Assembly: GCA_022563455.1 (NCBI GenBank)
Contig: JADFNI010000020.1
Coordinates: 1 to 18,221 of the forward strand
From: Nanobdellota archaeon
GTDB lineage: Archaea > Nanobdellota > Nanobdellia > Pacearchaeales > GW2011-AR1
Direction: 5' to 3'
Length of the DNA: 18,221 nt
The first letter of the stretch is position 1. The number at the start of each line of letters is the position of its first letter. The translations under genes and the position numbers were made by a program. Positions 14,853-18,221 of this stretch are shown piece by piece. Below the pieces are notes generated by a model. It saw only the letters and a list, made by a program, of their open reading frames with translations. It was not told the DNA's origin and searched no databases.

Positions 14853-15333
14853 CTGACTGCCTCCCAACAAAACCAGTTCCATTTACTTCTCCTTCAATTA
14901 AAAGTTTAACAGTTTCAACCAAACTCGTTCCATTATAAACTTCAACATCAAGTACAACATTCCCAACATTAACAACGCTAAATTCATTAGAGGAATTTTC
15001 CCTAAGTCTAAGTTCTAAATTAACAACCGACTTAATAGTCAATGTCCTGATCTGGCTACTAGTAATCCCTACAGCCTTCCAGTAATATTTCCCAGGATCT
15101 AAATCAATCTTCAATCCATCCCTCATTAAATATTCTTGAGGACTACTAAATTCTATATTATCATCAATCAATAAAAATTCCGCTTTCTCAATTGAAAACA
15201 AAATCTCTGTCTCAGTTGTCTCAAGTTCATTCAATGGAGCAATGACAAGAGGTTGTACATAACCCCCAACAGCAAAAAGACTAAGAACAGTAATGACAAT
15301 TATTGCCGCATCAATCTTATAAATTTTATCCAA
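14845..15333 (-). CDS. N-terminally anchored/secreted beta-rich protein (~162 aa)
   Basis: The track ORF 14845..15432 overlaps the 550-aa gene by ~100 nt. I propose the TTG at 15331-15333, which overlaps that gene's TAA (ATTGGATAA) and has GAGGT 9 nt upstream. This gives MDKIYKIDAAIIVITVLSLFAVGGYV as signal/anchor. The body contains a module LIDDNIEFSSPQEYLMRDGLKIDLDPGKYYWKAVG. The exact start is uncertain. Confidence 0.6.
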   Translation of the reverse strand: MDKIYKIDAAIIVITVLSLFAVGGYVQPLVIAPLNELETTETEILFSIEKAEFLLIDDNIEFSSPQEYLMRDGLKIDLDPGKYYWKAVGITSSQIRTLTIKSVVNLELRLRENSSNEFSVVNVGNVVLDVEVYNGTSLVETVKLLIEGEVNGTGFVGRQSDE

Positions 15334-16978
15334 TTTCCGCCAACCTCGATGTAAATATAATAGTAGAACTCTTAGCTCCAGGACCCTCATTACTAGGAAC
15401 CAAAATAGATATATCAATTTCTGCAGAATCACTACTATCCGTATAATTTAATTCACTAATAGCGACAACGTCTCCAGTAATTGGAACATTGAAAAATTGT
15501 ATAATTGAATTAATCCAATTAAAAGAGTTTGGTTCGCTTGATACATTATCTACCTTAAATTGAAAAGAACTACTATTTTCAGATTGCGTAGTCCAAAGAG
15601 CACTAGCATTAATACTTATATTAGTCATAACAGTCCCATCATTTCTAATTACAAATGGTGATGGATTCTCATTAGTAGTATCATTCGATCCACTAGGTGC
15701 AAGCAAGCCAAAGTTCATAGAATCTGTAACAAGAGTGATTGTCGTATCTGCAGTAATATTAACTATAAAGTCTTCACTCCATGCCCCAAATCCGACAGAA
15801 TCATTAGCCCTAACTCTCCAAGTATAATAATATCCATTATCATGCAAACACAAAAGATCAACCGTTGGAACAAAACTAGTCCCCGTTAACAGTTCAAGTA
15901 AAGAGTCCGAGCAAATTTGTGATCCACTAAATTTATAATCAGTTATATTAATCTGATAATGTGAAACGTCAGAATCAGCATCTACCACAGACCAATTGAA
16001 TTCAGGAGTCCTATTTATAGTAGAAGATACATTAGCAGGACTAAGTAATGTAATAACTGGAAGCTGATTAAGGACAGATAAACTACTAGAATTCGCATAA
16101 GGTGTAGTATCTTGCTCATCAGTAAATCTAGCTTCACAAGTCCAATTCTCATAACGAGTAGTATTTCCAGACTCAAGAATTGCCAAAAGATTAGTTCCGT
16201 TAGTTTGAGAACTATAGTTAACACTTAAATTAAACGAATCGTTCAAATACCAATTAACTGTAACATTCAAAGCATCCCCGTCAGGGTCATCAATCAAAAT
16301 ATCACAAATTAAATTCTCTGAAGAAATATTTGCTCCACTAGATGTATTCAAGAAAGGCTGAGGCGTATTTGGAATTGTATTAAACTCTTCACTAGAATAA
16401 GTAGTAAAATGTGTAACATTAAATTTGTAAACATTAGTTACATTATCCCAAGATATATCCATACAAAGGTTAGCTGGACAGTCAACAAAAGTCCCATTAT
16501 CAAAATAATCTACAATAGATTCAGCAACAACTGGAGTTATAAGATCATTAAGAGTAATATTTGCAGTCGTATTAAAACCAATATCTTTAGTTGAATTAAT
16601 AAACACATTATTATCTGTTATTTGAATAACCTCAGACAAGTTAGATCCAGATGCGACAAGAGAACTATTAATAAATTCAACGGCTCCATAAGAATTATTT
16701 ATAACAAGACTGTTTTCACTAAAGTCGTAATTATAAATGGTCGAATTATATAAAAGATAATCAAGGTTAGCCCCCGTAATATTAATTCTTGAAAAGTTTA
16801 TCTCTTCTGAATTATTTATGAAAATAGAAATATTAGAAAATCCAGTAATATTAATATCCTTAAAAGTAACATTGCTAGAAATATTAGAAGAATCAGCACC
16901 AAGATCTATAACATAATCTGAATTTGAATCTATAGTTATATTTTCAAATAGACTATCAGTCATACCTTGAATGAACAA
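15326..16978 (-). CDS. Surface protein fragment: parallel beta-helix (PbH1-like) repeats, DGD-containing beta-sandwich, FN3-like module, C-terminal fimbrial/Ig-like domain. The 5' end appears truncated
   Basis: The tracked start is a TTG with no signal peptide. The frame stays open upstream to 17080, and coding-like sequence (LNIKSTINISLTNASKN) runs to ~17025 with no ATG. Beta-helix-type repeats include NITIDSNSDYVIDLG, NVTFKDINITGFSNISIFINNS and INFSRINITGAN. The FN3-like module is LLSPANVSSTINRTPEFNWSVVDADSDVSHYQINI...YYYTWRVRANDSVGFGAWS. Confidence 0.75.
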   Translation of the reverse strand: MFIQGMTDSLFENITIDSNSDYVIDLGADSSNISSNVTFKDINITGFSNISIFINNSEEINFSRINITGANLDYLLYNSTIYNYDFSENSLVINNSYGAVEFINSSLVASGSNLSEVIQITDNNVFINSTKDIGFNTTANITLNDLITPVVAESIVDYFDNGTFVDCPANLCMDISWDNVTNVYKFNVTHFTTYSSEEFNTIPNTPQPFLNTSSGANISSENLICDILIDDPDGDALNVTVNWYLNDSFNLSVNYSSQTNGTNLLAILESGNTTRYENWTCEARFTDEQDTTPYANSSSLSVLNQLPVITLLSPANVSSTINRTPEFNWSVVDADSDVSHYQINITDYKFSGSQICSDSLLELLTGTSFVPTVDLLCLHDNGYYYTWRVRANDSVGFGAWSEDFIVNITADTTITLVTDSMNFGLLAPSGSNDTTNENPSPFVIRNDGTVMTNISINASALWTTQSENSSSFQFKVDNVSSEPNSFNWINSIIQFFNVPITGDVVAISELNYTDSSDSAEIDISILVPSNEGPGAKSSTIIFTSRLAEIG

Positions 16979-17030
16979 ATTTTTCGAGGCATTTGTTAAA
17001 CTAATATTAATAGTACTTTTTATATTTAAC

Positions 17031-17055
17031 CCTCGTAAATCGAGGTTTTTTTTTT
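17031..17055 (+). terminator. Hairpin (CCTCG-TAAAT-CGAGG) followed by T10: intrinsic-terminator-like element on the plus strand
   Basis: Read directly. The stem is only 5 bp, but it is followed immediately by ten T. No plus-strand gene lies upstream of it in this window. It sits exactly where the minus-strand surface-protein ORF loses coding character. Confidence 0.35.
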
Positions 17056-17076
17056 GCTTCCATAAAAGAATATCAG

Positions 17077-17721
17077 ATGATTACAAAAACATCTCAACAT
17101 ATAATAAATACTTTTGAAGAAGAGGATATACTCCCGCTTATTTGTGCCGCTGCTGCTCTAAGAGATGGAAAATATCTTAGAGCCTTAATTGAAAGAGCAA
17201 AATTGATTGGTGTAAAAGAAAAACCGTTGTATGAATCTCTGCTGCAGAATTATCTTTTTACAGGTTATCCATCCGCAATGATTTCATTAAAAATATTAAA
17301 AGAGTATTGCCCAAAATTCGAAAATTATTCATATGAAAGCTGGGATCTAAATAAATACAGACAAAGGGGTACAAAGAATTGCAAAAAGATTTACGGTAGA
17401 AAATTTGAAAATCTTATTTCGAATGTTAAAAGTTTTTCACCGGAATTATCCGACTGGCTGTTGCTTGAGGGTTATGGTAAGGTACTGGGCAGGAAGGGGC
17501 TTTCACTAAAGAAGAGGGAATTGAACAACGTTTCGGTACTAACAGTATTAACGTTTGAGGATCAGTTATTCTCACATATCAACGGGGCATTCAGAACAAA
17601 ATCAACAATTGATCAAATTAAAAAAGTAATTACTAATCTTAAAATATTTGGGAAAGCAGGCTTAAGCAGATTTGGGATGAGAGTGTTAAACAAGTATTTA
17701 AAACAGAAGGGAATAGGATAA
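17077..17721 (+). CDS. Carboxymuconolactone decarboxylase (CMD/AhpD-like) family protein (214 aa)
   Basis: GYGKVLGRKGLSLKKRELNNVSVLTVLTFEDQLFSHINGAFRTKSTIDQIKKVI fits the CMD-domain core (G-x-v-x-x-R-x-g-L-x-x-k-x-RE-l ... L-x-x-H-x-x-gA). It is cytoplasmic in style and has far fewer N-X-S/T sequons than the array (about three by eye). Confidence 0.6.
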   Translation: MITKTSQHIINTFEEEDILPLICAAAALRDGKYLRALIERAKLIGVKEKPLYESLLQNYLFTGYPSAMISLKILKEYCPKFENYSYESWDLNKYRQRGTKNCKKIYGRKFENLISNVKSFSPELSDWLLLEGYGKVLGRKGLSLKKRELNNVSVLTVLTFEDQLFSHINGAFRTKSTIDQIKKVITNLKIFGKAGLSRFGMRVLNKYLKQKGIG

Positions 17722-17744
17722 TCCCGTTCCCTTCTTAAAACCTA

Positions 17745-18221
17745 TTATATGAAATTAAAAATTATAAAAAGATCCAATGTAAAAGCAGTAACAGTGTCTT
17801 CCCCATCTTCTTTCCCGGTTAAGTTAAACCAACCATAACCTGCAAAAACATCTAAATTTATAAAAGGAACTATAGTTACTTCAGTTCCAATTCCTAACTG
17901 TAAACCAAATCTTGAGAATCCACCACCAATCTTTGTTTCATTTCCATTAATTGTTTCAGTAAGATCTCCAAAATTATTAAAAGTAAGATCTAAGAATAAA
18001 TAAGGATCAAAGCCGGCAGGAATCGGAACAAAACTATATTGTAATCCTAAGCCCAATGATGAAATAGACTGTGAAAATTCAGTTATATCATCATTGCTGC
18101 TAAGATTATGATAGAGGAAAATTCCCCGGGGAGTAAATGGTATTAATGGTATATCAATTTTTGCAATTGCTCCAAAATTGTACTTGGAGGAAAACCCCAA
18201 TCCATTCTGCGAGATATCATT
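17745..18221 (-). CDS. Partial (N-terminus outside window) beta-barrel, porin-like outer-membrane-type protein
   Basis: The frame is open to the window end; the tracked 'M' at 18200 is a TTG. It has alternating hydrophobic beta-strand periodicity (LGLGLQYSF, YLFLDLTFNNF, FGLQLGIGTEVTI, LDVFAGYGWFNL, AFTLDLFIIFNFI), Gly/aromatic girdle residues and an aromatic-rich C-terminal strand. The fold assignment rests on pattern only. Confidence 0.45.
   Translation of the reverse strand, partial: NDISQNGLGFSSKYNFGAIAKIDIPLIPFTPRGIFLYHNLSSNDDITEFSQSISSLGLGLQYSFVPIPAGFDPYLFLDLTFNNFGDLTETINGNETKIGGGFSRFGLQLGIGTEVTIVPFINLDVFAGYGWFNLTGKEDGEDTVTAFTLDLFIIFNFI

Noticed and set aside
12800-15333. Type IV pilin (class III signal peptide) or TasA/camelysin-type subunits among the small proteins
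   Set aside because: There is no [KR]-G/A-cleavage motif followed by a hydrophobic helix at the N-termini. The NFTDDTINFGSGSV segment resembles the TasA F-[ST]-D...N-x-F-x-x-G-T-L motif only loosely, with wrong spacing and not directly after the signal peptide. No prepilin peptidase, ATPase or SipW-like gene is present.
16971-17117. Small plus-strand ORF (48 aa, MNKFFEAFVKLILIVLFIFNPRKSRFFFCF...) crossing the junction, and a 27-aa minus-strand ORF at 12610..12693
   Set aside because: Both are short, hydrophobic by AT-bias and lack an SD. They run through a putative terminator and a promoter respectively, and the first overlaps the CMD gene start out of frame. Support is insufficient.

Overview
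AT-rich window (about one-third G+C by eye). A single minus-strand array (80-16978) of secreted or membrane-anchored surface proteins rich in Asn, Ser and Thr fills most of it. The array contains:
- a 1741-aa protein with two seven-bladed FG-GAP (integrin-alpha-like) propellers plus stacked Ig/FN3-like modules;
- a LamG (concanavalin-like) protein;
- cadherin/Ig-like proteins;
- a parallel beta-helix protein;
- two paralogous CARDB-like anchored proteins;
- several small secreted or membrane proteins.

Most of these have an N-terminal signal peptide and a C-terminal TM helix with a K/R tail, and they are saturated with N-X-S/T sequons. Genes that follow a spacer have a TATA-like octamer about 22-29 nt upstream of the ATG and no SD. 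Genes that overlap their upstream neighbour have a GGAGG-type SD. Together with the glycoprotein style, this suggests an archaeon, plausibly a small-celled DPANN-type episymbiont (inference only).

Two tiny DNA-binding proteins are embedded in the array: an AbrB/SpoVT-fold gene and a 49-aa ribbon-helix-helix ORF that is absent from the ORF track. The last 1.2 kb looks different. It carries a plus-strand hairpin+T10 terminator, a carboxymuconolactone-decarboxylase-family gene and a partial porin-like beta-barrel gene, and it abuts a 5'-truncated surface-protein ORF.

I saw no rRNA, tRNA, CRISPR array, transposase, ATPase or known defence genes.

Most notable observations:
- one in-frame TAA splits what looks like a single ~880-aa anchored LamG protein;
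- an uncharacterised five-gene surface cassette shares a fimbrial-like beta-sandwich domain;
- a GC-rich repeat/hairpin island carries three TATGCATA palindromes;
- the giant gene contains a likely gene-conversion tract.
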